Counted from the stretch's first letter, positions 44,101 through 52,442 are shown. The stretch is 64,000 bases of DNA from an uncultured Gammaproteobacteria bacterium (GCA_964407865.1 CAYOXC010000003.1:12760-76759), one strand, 5' to 3'. Notes: generated from the letters alone by a model not told the origin. Translations and numbers: made by a program.

Positions 44101-46512
44101 GAAAACGCCGGTTATGAGGTGGGCGAAAAAAAGGACCGCTTTATATGTTTGGAAAATATTCCGCTTATTAAAAAAAATCACCCGAATGTTGCATTTGGTG
44201 TTGGGACTGGAAATGCGAACGATTTTCCCGCAACTTTACCAAATGACATGTATTTTAAGAGGGCAGATCCGTGGGTGCCATCATCAATAAGAGATTTACT
44301 TGATACCCCTGTTTATGTGCGGAATATTCCAACAAACGCTATTCTGATCGGCTGCAATCATCGTAATGAACTTGATAATTGGGATATGCTTTATTACAAT
44401 GATATCGAAGCTTCTGAAGGATGGTATTGCCCGATAAATACTCGTAATACGTATGTAGATGATGTTTCCCAGGCTTATTGCGACGGCGGTAATGAGGACG
44501 GGTGCAAAAATAATGAGGATTGGTGGTGGAACGGCAATAACAATCGGTGGTTAAATGACTCCAACACAACATATATCCACATGAATGAAATTGAACGTAT
44601 AGATGTAGTGATAGATAAAGATACCGGTAACAACAATGCGCCAGTAAGCGGAGGAACAGTGAGTTTTATACGCGATATTGTCGATGCTGATGAGGAAAGA
44701 TCTTTTACTTTGCTGGAATCAACTTGGATGTCAAAGAAGGACGGTGTCGGGACTACATATTATACATCAAAATCGGATTTGGAAAATTTATGTGGAGATG
44801 GCGAGGATTGGTTGGCTTGGACGTGGGAAGCCAGGCTGGCTGGTCACCCGGGCAATTGGCTTACACAGTGGCTGGAAGACGAAAGTACAGTCGATGGAAA
44901 GTTGGCTATTGCCAAAGAAGGTATTTGCTTGGATGAATATAAAAATGTTTCCCATGATTTTGACGACGGTAAAAGAATTGTCGGTGTTCGAGTTGTTTTC
45001 GATGATCAGAATTATTTTAGAGGCATTTGGATAAATGGCGAAGATGATGACGCCTCTGGCGCTATTGACCTGGGGTTTTTCTTCGTCATCCATTTTACTC
45101 ATGGAAAGTGCAATAAATTTGCCCAAGTTTCGACAAGCGATAGCTCAAATAAATTTGCCTTCAAACCATACACTAATAACATGAAAACCGGAAGGACCTC
45201 GGTAGACGAAGAATGGTATGATAGTTCGAGAATCTATCGTACTGGTCGAACTCCTGATATAAACGGCGGGGGGTGGGGTTTAGCCATGAATGAGGCAGGA
45301 TCATATATAAATCCGTCAAGTAAAAATGTTACTTTTGTTAATCCCTTTACAGCCTATCCCGGTGGCTGGGATTTTACATTTTCTCAGAGTGGAAGCTTAG
45401 AAAGTAATTACGATATTACCGGATATAATGCTGGCATTCCGCTTCTTACAACTTATATTAAAGCACACGGATTAACCTCTGACGCACCAGACTATATACT
45501 TGTTGATCAGTCATATTTTGAATATGGTTCTCCAAGTGATTTTAATAATAAACCATACGGCGATTTGCTAGAAAATATGTATGCTAAAAATTATAATTTT
45601 TGGCGTATGACTCAAGATTCTGGTCACGCATCTGGTTATGAGTCGTATCATTCACCAGACGACGCGGCTAATCCAACTTTGGCGCAAGCCCTTGGCCGAT
45701 CTGTTTATCCTCCGATGATTGCCGCGCCGACAGATAGTGGTAGTTGGGAAGAGGGTGCCATATCGATGAAAAATCAAACTTCCGGAAATATATATCTTTT
45801 ATCGGGCTCGCAAGTAACAATGAAATTTTACGCCTGGGCGCATAATCATCAGATGCCTCTTCGCAGAGTAATCGCCGATAAAGGCGATGGTTTGACAGTT
45901 GATACCGGCATGAACGACTCACTGGGTAATAGAAAATACAAATGCACCAGCAGTGGTATTTGTGGTGATGACAACTACTCAACTCAATTTCCATGTACTG
46001 GTAATTCAGATTGCTCGCCGGTTGATCCGGGGTATTGGGGGACTGGACTTGGTTCCAATTCATGTGACACATCAGATATTACCGACTCTATGAGTTTTGG
46101 CAACACCGACGATACCGGTTGCAAAGCAGAGCCGTGGGAGTTCACTATGGATTATATTTGTCCGGGTGGAGCTGGCGGGATGGAAATTGTTGATAATCCC
46201 GGTGACGACCCATATACTCCTGTTCCTTATGGTATTGATTGGGATTATATAGAAAGTGAATGGCATGAAGTGCCGTATGTTTGTGTCGCTCAGCCCAGAG
46301 CATATGCTCTAGACAACTGGGGCTGGTGCGCTAGTCGGCCGACTCCCGGCGGTTGCGGTTCGGAAAATTTATACATAGACGGGTATGGTTGTTATGGGGA
46401 TACAGTCACCAATCTGTGTGACCCAGGAAGCGGTAAGCCATGGGTTCATTATGGTGGTAAGGTGATTGTAATACCGCTTTTAGGCGATACGCCCGATACT
46501 TGTTTACCTTAA
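38158..46512 (+). CDS. Giant (2784-aa) Cys-rich secreted surface protein with a CBM4/9-like carbohydrate-binding / concanavalin-like module
   Basis: N-terminal signal/TM. There are hundreds of Cys in spaced patterns. The segment ENFEGGELEGWNDVSS...MVSFWAKG...NLFIDNLKV resembles CBM_4_9 jelly-roll modules. Confidence 0.6.
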   Translation: MLGKSKKFGLGFIAAVVVFVSLFGAVFLAPQKAQAQMAVYVVQNPYEDTRSIIEKIKDEGLLMVMSAIMNGLNYFTNKIAYDMGVWLASGDWGQGPFASGESFGNYLAQTAGDSLGEALGSLSESLGLNLCDLPDIRLDLLLQLGFHFNYGPPTPKCSFQQLKAAYNVDNIRSQYASVQGLTSRVSLGVQVSDSDLGVWLKSKETIDTMAWEQQTGASLDRQEGDGIFPMSEIISGKTTVPATVMRDEWNAKSAAAEKKGRDADKTAMLGAALQKGGVSLALNTVSTFVNTLLGTVLNNFLTEGLLPGGAKVCNPGLSISGVGWDQCDESDTAEYLAGSYYGAGSTGGQRRAAQELFSEYLVPKIKTVDNYNILGTMADCSPDNLLPEACTIDQSFLQILQEGDQSGEPLTIKQALEKGYLHADWRLIPESDAANNESQDCALKAYCQRNIKFLRLMRILPLGFEIAASESPADNPWTLGDVVDAFYDSGSGHSSSKRGLINPYWVIKYPKTRCGNLAYSQTAMSGMHLQSCVDIQHCVAYNKDGSCAAWGYCLREQPLWKISANYCDKQYATCRSFVSGDGDTGSYLLRTLQAEDCNADNDGCTRYSKYKYYLTESIQDWFALGTYQAITNGHIFYNNSLYFNKKLPTCDVSQAGCNAFKLASDQNTTVFLKKAPDYLGCYDADSNEDSDKLMLLVKKIRDGISWPTTLSDLNLINPQDPEACNNYAQVCLPEEENCNYYTSALTGDTVPGKFTPAVVEGGQVTWNDQCDAKCVGYAAYREMPSNYTNGQSIAYIIPSSGKSCSASEAGCSSFTNLSTEQGGLENNEYFSYLRLCALPDQNIQRNYTVYESSESGGYQIKTYTLVKNNSNEGPKQIFRDQQEYNKFSALCNSTVYANGTADPDCHQFIDGNGGVHYALLSKTIVVSDQCTPYRLNNTELVPYGTQLRCPFDFDNSASDKRTGTYTVEFKNNSCYYMGFTGNTGGAGDSISCTSDVETCQAYKGNAGYNVRTLYSENFEGGELEGWNDVSSNVDTSLSAESTQIDGHSMKIAATDISYSSVGVYNEEPLLMLQGKQYMVSFWAKGTLDISEIGFMSGETNYPLEDTQVQPTGVWRNYSFGPFDYEDIFAGGPASDEMATTYLNFKLGQAGATTDNLFIDNLKVTEVADYLYLVKNSLSVDPICDSSPNDNLPGEALGCMAYKTPAGTTFNLVNFSYLCREAAVGCTAVLDTYNTPDDPDYRVHNIWLKGTSGNLATVTVEEKTYSCQVPVGEAGCYVNMTGIKSMHSLELPTKLEFKNSTVVIHADTPTSSPIYLVANKGSSCKAENMGCELVGRSTPSMSGLSYYADIGLGTDLQHHYETFDEVAIKNDPALYSSTLCQAEAVGCKTWSSGESAYYFKDPKKIGNLVCEYKEEFYPPQLDVITVWNPLLGIDVPVVLGLEGSAQPFSGWAWKDVGTCSVGDTTYPMGKYCNSDADCSVADSDITGKCLFKGAIPCYPNIKDNAHTPPEYQIISYGTTNLYKGYAGECPAEQSGCSQFVDHSSSLGENKKCLITGKKCDFDSDCNEAENDKCAANYMSAYYLIENQKLDVLQAACNGKVSQAEGCVLLDKTSNPNKYWNAAESYSASVADNEGMVTPVSNTSNDSNIIMKVVHDRECAEWAYCDLKQTFENEDTGEEEERCYHLGACDKAGITQPMAGVAPKECGHPLTDWDMKNKELTISQYRSFIGSWDSKDFSGYSMYSTFQVPDLTVRYFGSDDIPRLVNVNEMYSFYSPCSVSDKCAQGNTGASCGPSGYTGTCINGECMSALWNGNPESSRKLACRAYAEQDAPFDDHVLSSGDENVEVYKEGYEGVNLCYSEGGNPVSCDAYMNGGTTVQCQYRKIKTSGGIVYKQTDEVLEGNFICSDGVNKGNYCDDLEDSGTDCAGGSCSQIQSIQVNQNMMGYCIDWDKRHRINGTAETACMAWWPIDTPPGTPIFWETDENAGYEVGEKKDRFICLENIPLIKKNHPNVAFGVGTGNANDFPATLPNDMYFKRADPWVPSSIRDLLDTPVYVRNIPTNAILIGCNHRNELDNWDMLYYNDIEASEGWYCPINTRNTYVDDVSQAYCDGGNEDGCKNNEDWWWNGNNNRWLNDSNTTYIHMNEIERIDVVIDKDTGNNNAPVSGGTVSFIRDIVDADEERSFTLLESTWMSKKDGVGTTYYTSKSDLENLCGDGEDWLAWTWEARLAGHPGNWLTQWLEDESTVDGKLAIAKEGICLDEYKNVSHDFDDGKRIVGVRVVFDDQNYFRGIWINGEDDDASGAIDLGFFFVIHFTHGKCNKFAQVSTSDSSNKFAFKPYTNNMKTGRTSVDEEWYDSSRIYRTGRTPDINGGGWGLAMNEAGSYINPSSKNVTFVNPFTAYPGGWDFTFSQSGSLESNYDITGYNAGIPLLTTYIKAHGLTSDAPDYILVDQSYFEYGSPSDFNNKPYGDLLENMYAKNYNFWRMTQDSGHASGYESYHSPDDAANPTLAQALGRSVYPPMIAAPTDSGSWEEGAISMKNQTSGNIYLLSGSQVTMKFYAWAHNHQMPLRRVIADKGDGLTVDTGMNDSLGNRKYKCTSSGICGDDNYSTQFPCTGNSDCSPVDPGYWGTGLGSNSCDTSDITDSMSFGNTDDTGCKAEPWEFTMDYICPGGAGGMEIVDNPGDDPYTPVPYGIDWDYIESEWHEVPYVCVAQPRAYALDNWGWCASRPTPGGCGSENLYIDGYGCYGDTVTNLCDPGSGKPWVHYGGKVIVIPLLGDTPDTCLP

Positions 46513-46522
46513 AAATTACAAA

Positions 46523-46590
46523 ATCCTCAGCCTTGGGCTGAGGATTTTAAAAAATAAAAAACCCGCGCTGAATTTGCGCGGGCAGTTGGA
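46523..46590. terminator. Convergent terminator pair between the giant gene and the minus-strand lipoprotein gene
   Basis: cctcagccttgggctgagg + atttt (terminates the plus-strand gene) and aaaaaacccgcgctgaatttgcgcggg (terminates the minus-strand gene). Confidence 0.6.
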
Positions 46591-46637
46591 GCGGGGTGCT
46601 CCATAGGCAGTGTGTTGGTAGAGGACGGGGAGGCGGG

Positions 46638-47198
46638 CTATCGTATGTAGGTAAAGACCTCGAAATCATCGGGTGCCGATGAATATACTTTTTTTAAAAA
46701 AAGGTTGACCCCATCTGAGTAGATGGTTAATACTATACCCGTGTCTTCGTCAATGTACTCGAGAGGAAGAGAATTACCTTCCATTGTTGCCGTGAACGCG
46801 GCTCCATCGCCACTGGGTGTAGAAGAGCAAATGTCTCCTGTAACACTGGTGACGTTCATTGTATTGCTGTCGGTAATCCTGGTCCATTCGCCTTGAATGT
46901 CGAAGCAGTACTCGCCCTCTTCTGGGTCGGCGTCCGTGTCCGGGCCGTCTCCGCTCTTCAGGCACTCGCAGTAGTCCTCGGTGTCGGTGTCCGTGTCGCT
47001 ATCGCTGTCGGAATCCGTGTCCGAGTCAGTATCGCCGTCGGTGTCGCTGTCGCTGTCGGCATCGCTGTCCGCGTCCGTGTCGCCGTCGCTGTCGCAGTCG
47101 TCGCCGATGCAGTCGTCGTCGCCCTCGTCGCACGCAGCGAGAGAGAACATGAGAACGGTGAACAGAGCCACGAGCACGATATTCATTTCTTTCTTCAT
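46638..47198 (-). CDS. GC-rich lipoprotein-like secreted protein with (D-S/T)n repeats
   Basis: 186 aa; signal peptide ending LAAC (lipobox-like); long [28 protein letters not shown] repeat; markedly higher GC than the neighbours; paralogous to 60336..60989. Confidence 0.5.
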   Translation of the reverse strand: MKKEMNIVLVALFTVLMFSLAACDEGDDDCIGDDCDSDGDTDADSDADSDSDTDGDTDSDTDSDSDSDTDTDTEDYCECLKSGDGPDTDADPEEGEYCFDIQGEWTRITDSNTMNVTSVTGDICSSTPSGDGAAFTATMEGNSLPLEYIDEDTGIVLTIYSDGVNLFLKKVYSSAPDDFEVFTYIR

Positions 47199-47274
47199 CT
47201 TTCATTCTCCTTTTTTTCTCCGCGCTCGGCGCGGTATCGTTTTGTGGTTGTGCCCTTTCGGGCGTACCCTGGAT

Positions 47275-47417
47275 AGCCCAGAGTTTTGGATGTATTGGTC
47301 TCATTTCCTCTTTCGGCTTAGCCGGTAAATATGTTCTGTAGGAAATGTTTTCAAGTTTCTTTTAACAAGCTCTGTCAGAATTGCTCGATTTCATCCGAAT
47401 ATATCCAAAACTCTGGG
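47275..47417. repeat. 20-nt inverted repeat pair in the GC-shifted noncoding region upstream of the radical-SAM gene
   Basis: tagcccagagttttggatgtat (47275..47296) vs atatccaaaactctgggcta (47398..47417), enclosing ~100 nt. Confidence 0.5.
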
Positions 47418-47734
47418 CTACACTGTTATATCCCCGTTAAATACTCGCTTCGCGAGCCTCGTCACATGGACGAATTTAACAGGGTAAACCTGCCTTTAAG
47501 CTGTTTTTCGCTATTCCGCGAAATTCAGCACTTTGTAATGAACTACTCATATTTTAGGCCAATATTAGGCACTAAACAAGTCATTATAGCACAATTTGAC
47601 CCTTTTGTCAAGGGGTGTTTGCAGCGAATGTGAGTGTATGAGATTGTTCCTTTTAGGATGATGAATTGACATTTCAGCGCTTAAGTGCGTACCATACATA
47701 TAGTTAGCATTCTTTGACAATTCGGAGGTGATCA

Positions 47735-48772
47735 ATGCCAAATTTAATACAAGGCGCTTGGCTGACAGTGAATCGGAAATGTAATTTGCGGTGTCGTTGG
47801 TGTTATGCTGAAGCGCCGGCTGACAAACATGAAGAAGACATGACTTTTGGTTTGGCTGAATCCCTGGTTGGTTTTTTGGCCCGCCTGGGTGTGGGCCAAG
47901 TTATTGTTCTTGGCGGTGAGCCGTTGTTGTGGCAATATTTATCTGACTTGTCTCAAGTGGCCGAAGTGAATAATCTCAAAACAGTTCTAGTGACGAACGG
48001 AATAATGTTTAGCAGATTGCCAGTTGTTGAAATGGTAAAAAGAAGTAAATTTCACGCCATTGATCTGTCTGTTAAGGCAGATAGCGATGCCGCTTATAAA
48101 GAGATAACCGGCGTTAAAGCTTATTCGCGTTTGGTGCGGGGAATGCGAAATTTATCGCGCGAGAATGTTGATTTTACTGCGTCAATAACAGTCAACAGGT
48201 TGAACGCGCATTGTATTGCAGAAATGGTAAAAATGGCAGTAGAAAACGGGGCTCGACGAGTTACTCTTCAATTTTGCGCTGCGACGATGGATGATTTTCG
48301 TTTTTCTAGCAAATACATGCTCGAGCCATTTGTGGCAGCTCAAAGCGTAGTTGAGGCGTATAATAAATTAAGACCAGCTATCAAGAAAAAAGTTGTCATT
48401 GAGCAGTCGTTACCTTTTTGCGTCTGGCCGAAGGATTTTCTCGAACATTTGAAAGAATCCGGCAGTATTTTTTCCGGTTGCCATGTTTTTAAACGCAATG
48501 GGCTTATATTCAGTACGCGAGGGGATGTATTGCCATGTAATTGCCTACATGAAATTATACTGGGAAGATATGGAAACGAGTTTGACGATCCGGCAAGCTT
48601 TGAAAGCTTTTGGCTTGACGCTCAGGTAGTTGAATTCTATAATAAATTAATCAGCTACCCATCGCGTAGGTGTATGGATTGTGAGGATTATATGGAATGC
48701 GGCGGCGGCTGCCCTTTACAATGGTTTGTGTTTAGACCGCGGGATGTCATAGCCCGCAGAAAGAAGAGGTGA
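47735..48772 (+). CDS. Radical SAM enzyme with a C-terminal SPASM domain (peptide-modifying maturase type)
   Basis: 345 aa; CNLRCRWC (Cx3Cx2C) at residues 16-23; C-terminal CMDCEDYMECGGGCP (Cx2Cx5Cx3C SPASM signature); GGAGGTGA RBS 5 nt before the ATG. Confidence 0.8.
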   Translation: MPNLIQGAWLTVNRKCNLRCRWCYAEAPADKHEEDMTFGLAESLVGFLARLGVGQVIVLGGEPLLWQYLSDLSQVAEVNNLKTVLVTNGIMFSRLPVVEMVKRSKFHAIDLSVKADSDAAYKEITGVKAYSRLVRGMRNLSRENVDFTASITVNRLNAHCIAEMVKMAVENGARRVTLQFCAATMDDFRFSSKYMLEPFVAAQSVVEAYNKLRPAIKKKVVIEQSLPFCVWPKDFLEHLKESGSIFSGCHVFKRNGLIFSTRGDVLPCNCLHEIILGRYGNEFDDPASFESFWLDAQVVEFYNKLISYPSRRCMDCEDYMECGGGCPLQWFVFRPRDVIARRKKR

Positions 48773-48774
48773 GT

Positions 48775-48945
48775 TTGAAGAAAGCGATAAAAATGTTGAG
48801 CAGGCGTCATGCTACGCGAATCACCCCCAAACGCCGTCCAACCGGCCTGGCACTGAAAAAGAGCCGTGAACCAAGCTATGGTGACTGCGGCGTATGCAAT
48901 GTTTGTTGCTTCGGCGGCGGGCATTGCCAGTGTCACTGTTCTTAG
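48775..48945 (+). CDS. Cys-rich 56-aa peptide, a candidate RiPP precursor (SCIFF/ranthipeptide-like), translationally coupled to the rSAM gene
   Basis: Manual translation gives MKKAIKMLSRRHATRITPKRRPTGLALKKSREPSYGDCGVCNVCCFGGGHCQCHCS. The TTG start is 5 nt after AGAGG and 2 nt after the rSAM stop. Eight Cys are clustered in the last 21 residues. It is below the 60-aa track cutoff. Confidence 0.5.
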   Translation: MKKAIKMLSRRHATRITPKRRPTGLALKKSREPSYGDCGVCNVCCFGGGHCQCHCS

Positions 48946-48987
48946 GGCTAACAGCCCGTTTCGGCTCCTGACCGTGTTTCTCGCAAC

Positions 48988-49488
48988 ATGCGGGCAGGAG
49001 CCATAATTTTTAATATGTCTATTTCATTAAATTTTCGTGCAAACAATTCAGATGAAGAGCGCAAGATGATTCAGTTCATTTCCGGTAAAAAAAAGTGGTT
49101 TGATAAGAACGGTTATAAATACATTCTTCCTTCAGAGAAGAGGGGGTTACATTACGATAAGAAAAAATATCAAATAATCATTAGTAAAATAAAAAATAAC
49201 TGGCTATCTCGCGACGGGTCGATTTTTTTGAAAAAGGTTTCGGTTTTTTTCAATATTAATTACAGGAAAAAAATCTTAGTTAATATAACCATGTATGGCA
49301 CCGGCGGCATGTATGATGTAAATTCGGGCAGTATTTTTATTAATCCAAAATTAGGGTATGATTCAATAAGTGTAATAAAGCACGAAATTATCCATTTGTT
49401 TCTGGAAAAATACGTAAGACAATTCGCAGTCAGTCACGAAAAAAAGGAAAAAATGGTGCAAAGCATATTCTTGCTTCTTGGGAGCTGA
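48988..49488 (+). CDS. Hypothetical protein with an HExxH motif (HEIIH); true start probably at an internal Met
   Basis: 166-aa ORF; low GC unlike the adjacent island; HEIIHLF near the C-terminus. Confidence 0.3.
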   Translation: MRAGAIIFNMSISLNFRANNSDEERKMIQFISGKKKWFDKNGYKYILPSEKRGLHYDKKKYQIIISKIKNNWLSRDGSIFLKKVSVFFNINYRKKILVNITMYGTGGMYDVNSGSIFINPKLGYDSISVIKHEIIHLFLEKYVRQFAVSHEKKEKMVQSIFLLLGS

Positions 49489-49698
49489 ACAGCATAGGGG
49501 GTTTTTGCTAATTTTGCAGTTCGTATAAAAAAAGACGGTTTATACAAAACCGTTTTTTGTTTTGGAAAAATAGAATTTGATTCATTAAATCATTGTTTAT
49601 TTAATGTTTTTACTTGTGGATATAACTGACTAATCTATTTTGTTTTAGCAAAGATATTGTGATATAATAATAAAGTAAATATAAGCCAAATAGGCTTT

Positions 49699-52431
49699 AT
49701 GCTGAATTCCCTCAAAGAAAAAGGGAGACTCATTTTGAATATTCTCAAACCGCGACGGCGGTTGAATTTAGCGTCAGCACTTCTTCTCGGAGCAGGCGCT
49801 ATTTTTGCGTTGTTTATATATGGCGCATCAGCACTGGCTGAAGGTGCTAGTTCTGGTTCCATCGCACAGTCAATTGTTCAGGCGATTTCTGAAGGTATTC
49901 TTTGGATTGCTTCCATATTCAATTCTATTACAATATTTATTGTTAATTTTGTTGTTGAAATTGCATCTTACAATAATTATATTAATTCCGGAGCGGTAAC
50001 TCTAGGCTGGGTTTTAGTCAGAGATGTGACCAATATGCTTTTTGTCATTATTTTAATGGTGATAGCTTTTGGTACTGTGCTAGGTCTGGAACAATATGAA
50101 TGGAAAAAGATGTTGGTAAAATTTGTTTTGGCGGCTATTTTAGTAAATTTCTCGCGCATTATTTGTGGCATCATTATAGACGCAGCTCAGGTTTTTATGA
50201 TGACATTTATTTCCGGCGTGGCTGCGATTGCCGGGGGCAATTTAATGCAAGCTTTGGGTATGCAACAGATTAATTCTTTTTCCGCACAGACCAATCCTGA
50301 AGCTATGACTTATGCAAATATTTTTGCCTCTTCCATCATGATAATGATTTTTTCTTTCGCCGCCATGGTGATCATCGGGGCATATCTGGTAGTACTGATG
50401 GGTCGTGTGGTGGCGCTTTGGATATTGATTATACTTTCACCTCTTGCTTTTGTTCTGGGTGTTATTCCAAAGTTTCAATCATACGCCAGTGAATGGTGGC
50501 AACAATTCACCAACAATGTTATTTCCGGGCCAGTATTGGCATTTTTCTTATGGTTGTCGTTTGCGGTGGCAGGAAGCGGCGGAGTACACAATGCTGAATT
50601 TGGCGGAAGCAATGTTGCTTATCCTTTAAGCAATACTCAAGCTGAAATGGATCAAGCCACCAGGGATAGTGGGGAGGGCAGTACTTTATTGCTTGAAATA
50701 TTACAAATGGAAAATTTAGCCAGTTTTATTATTGCCGCCGCTTTGCTTATGGCCGGAGTCAAAGTTACCCAGCGGTTGGCAGGTGTTGGCGCTGGCGTGC
50801 TTGGTGCTGCAGCTGGCGCGGCGACTAAATTTGCCACAGTGGCCGGCGGAGTAGCCGCGGCCAGGTGGGCTGTTGGAGCGGCCGCTACTGGAGCGAAGAA
50901 AGTTGGTAAAGGAGTTTTAATGAAAGCGCCTTTGGTTGGCGGTGAAGCTTGGATGAGGCGAGGCAGGGGGTTAAAAGCACAAGTAGGAATGCGATACCAG
51001 GATTTAGCCCAAAAGTATGAAGCCAAAACTGCTGCCGGGCTTAAAAAAGCAGAAGGTCAAAAAGGGGTGGGCGCGGCATTAAAGCGTGGTTTTTTTAGAA
51101 CCGCATTAACACCGGCGCAAAAAGAAAAAAGAACCGCCTTTCTTGAGGGAGCTGCAAAGGCGGCCAAAGATGAGCGTATGGAGAAGTTGGGTATGGGCGG
51201 AACCGATATAGGTAAATTAGCTGGTTCACGTTTGATGCGGGCGGAAATAGCCAAACAAGAAGCGGAACGCGACAAAAAAAGAGGTCTTGGTTTTGCCAAA
51301 GCTCAGGAGTATCGCCGTGTTGGAAAGCATGATTTGGCCGATATGGTAGATGCCGGGGTGTCAGCTGAAATATTTGAAGAGGATACGAAAAAATATGCGA
51401 ATTTAGATTTTGCCGGAAAAGTAAATTTAGCCCGTGAAATGGCATCAACAACACAGAAAATAAGAGATAATTTAATGTCTGCAGTTCAGTCCGGAGATGA
51501 AAAAATGATAGAGGCATCAAAGAGTGCCCTGAAAGAACAGACAATAAAAAATATGAATTTTCAGGCCATGGCATCCTCAGACAGAGAAACCAGAGAAGCT
51601 GTTGATGGTGTTTTCTTAAAAAATTCTGGCTATAGCGGAGATATTGGGACTGAAAATTCGGCGGCCATGGAAATGTCAAAAATGACCGGGTTAGACGCAG
51701 CTAATATTGATCATCAAAGCATATTAAAAGATTTACAGAATAATTTGGAAAAGGATTCAAATTTTCAAACTTCTGCAAAAAATTTAGCAAAAGCGGAATT
51801 TGGTTTGTATTCGCAAACTGGAGATATGCGTTACGCTAGCGCTTTTAGTCAAGGGGTTTCAAAAGATTCAGCAACCGGAAGAATGAAAGTAGTTTATGGC
51901 ATGGGCGCAAATGTTGGCACGCACGATTTAGAAGGCAACGAACGCACTGAAGCGCGTGATATGTTTACCACTGATAAAGGAAAAATAGAATATTTATCCA
52001 CAACAGCTCGTCCGAATTTCCAGCAAAATGTAAATGCGGAGATTATTATGAAGCAAAAAGATCGGGCGACAGGAGAGGTAAGACAATTAGACGGCAAGCA
52101 GATGGAAGCTATGAGCGGATATTTAAGCACTGTTTCGCCACAAATGATGCGTCGTGCTTTTTCACCAAAGTTTGTGACAGATATAAATAAATTAGCTAGC
52201 GAGGGGAAAATGAGCTCCGAACAAGCATCAGAGTTTTTAAATACGATTACTTCCAAGATGACAAACGACCAACAAAAAGCTGAATTGCGCCGAGTGCTTA
52301 AAGATTTAGACAAATTAGCCGGAGGTAGTACTACCGGAGGTGGTGCGGTCGGCCGCGGCGGTGGAACAGAAGAAGATGAAATTGAGGCAGCGGACGCGGA
52401 TGAAGGGTTTCCTGGTGGGAGAAGAACTTAA
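49699..52431 (+). CDS. Large polytopic membrane protein, VirB6/TrbL-like N-terminal domain with a long Ala/Gly/Lys-rich helical C-terminal region
   Basis: 910 aa; at least 6 TM in the first 300 aa with Trp-containing loops (WWQQF); C-terminal low-complexity region. Confidence 0.4.
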   Translation: MLNSLKEKGRLILNILKPRRRLNLASALLLGAGAIFALFIYGASALAEGASSGSIAQSIVQAISEGILWIASIFNSITIFIVNFVVEIASYNNYINSGAVTLGWVLVRDVTNMLFVIILMVIAFGTVLGLEQYEWKKMLVKFVLAAILVNFSRIICGIIIDAAQVFMMTFISGVAAIAGGNLMQALGMQQINSFSAQTNPEAMTYANIFASSIMIMIFSFAAMVIIGAYLVVLMGRVVALWILIILSPLAFVLGVIPKFQSYASEWWQQFTNNVISGPVLAFFLWLSFAVAGSGGVHNAEFGGSNVAYPLSNTQAEMDQATRDSGEGSTLLLEILQMENLASFIIAAALLMAGVKVTQRLAGVGAGVLGAAAGAATKFATVAGGVAAARWAVGAAATGAKKVGKGVLMKAPLVGGEAWMRRGRGLKAQVGMRYQDLAQKYEAKTAAGLKKAEGQKGVGAALKRGFFRTALTPAQKEKRTAFLEGAAKAAKDERMEKLGMGGTDIGKLAGSRLMRAEIAKQEAERDKKRGLGFAKAQEYRRVGKHDLADMVDAGVSAEIFEEDTKKYANLDFAGKVNLAREMASTTQKIRDNLMSAVQSGDEKMIEASKSALKEQTIKNMNFQAMASSDRETREAVDGVFLKNSGYSGDIGTENSAAMEMSKMTGLDAANIDHQSILKDLQNNLEKDSNFQTSAKNLAKAEFGLYSQTGDMRYASAFSQGVSKDSATGRMKVVYGMGANVGTHDLEGNERTEARDMFTTDKGKIEYLSTTARPNFQQNVNAEIIMKQKDRATGEVRQLDGKQMEAMSGYLSTVSPQMMRRAFSPKFVTDINKLASEGKMSSEQASEFLNTITSKMTNDQQKAELRRVLKDLDKLAGGSTTGGGAVGRGGGTEEDEIEAADADEGFPGGRRT

Positions 52432-52442
52432 TATTAAAAAAT

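Noticed and set aside
46893-47328. Plus-strand ORFs (127 aa, Val/Ala-rich; 115 aa, Ser/Val-rich) and a minus-strand 92-aa Arg-rich ORF overlapping the Asp/Ser-repeat gene
   Set aside because: They are alternative-frame and antisense readings of the GAC/AGC hexanucleotide repeats. Only the signal-peptide-bearing minus-strand frame (46638..47198) is protein-like.
48688-48936. 82-aa minus-strand ORF overlapping the rSAM 3' end and the Cys-rich peptide gene
   Set aside because: It is antisense to a much more plausible RBS-coupled Cys-rich peptide on the plus strand, and it has no start context.
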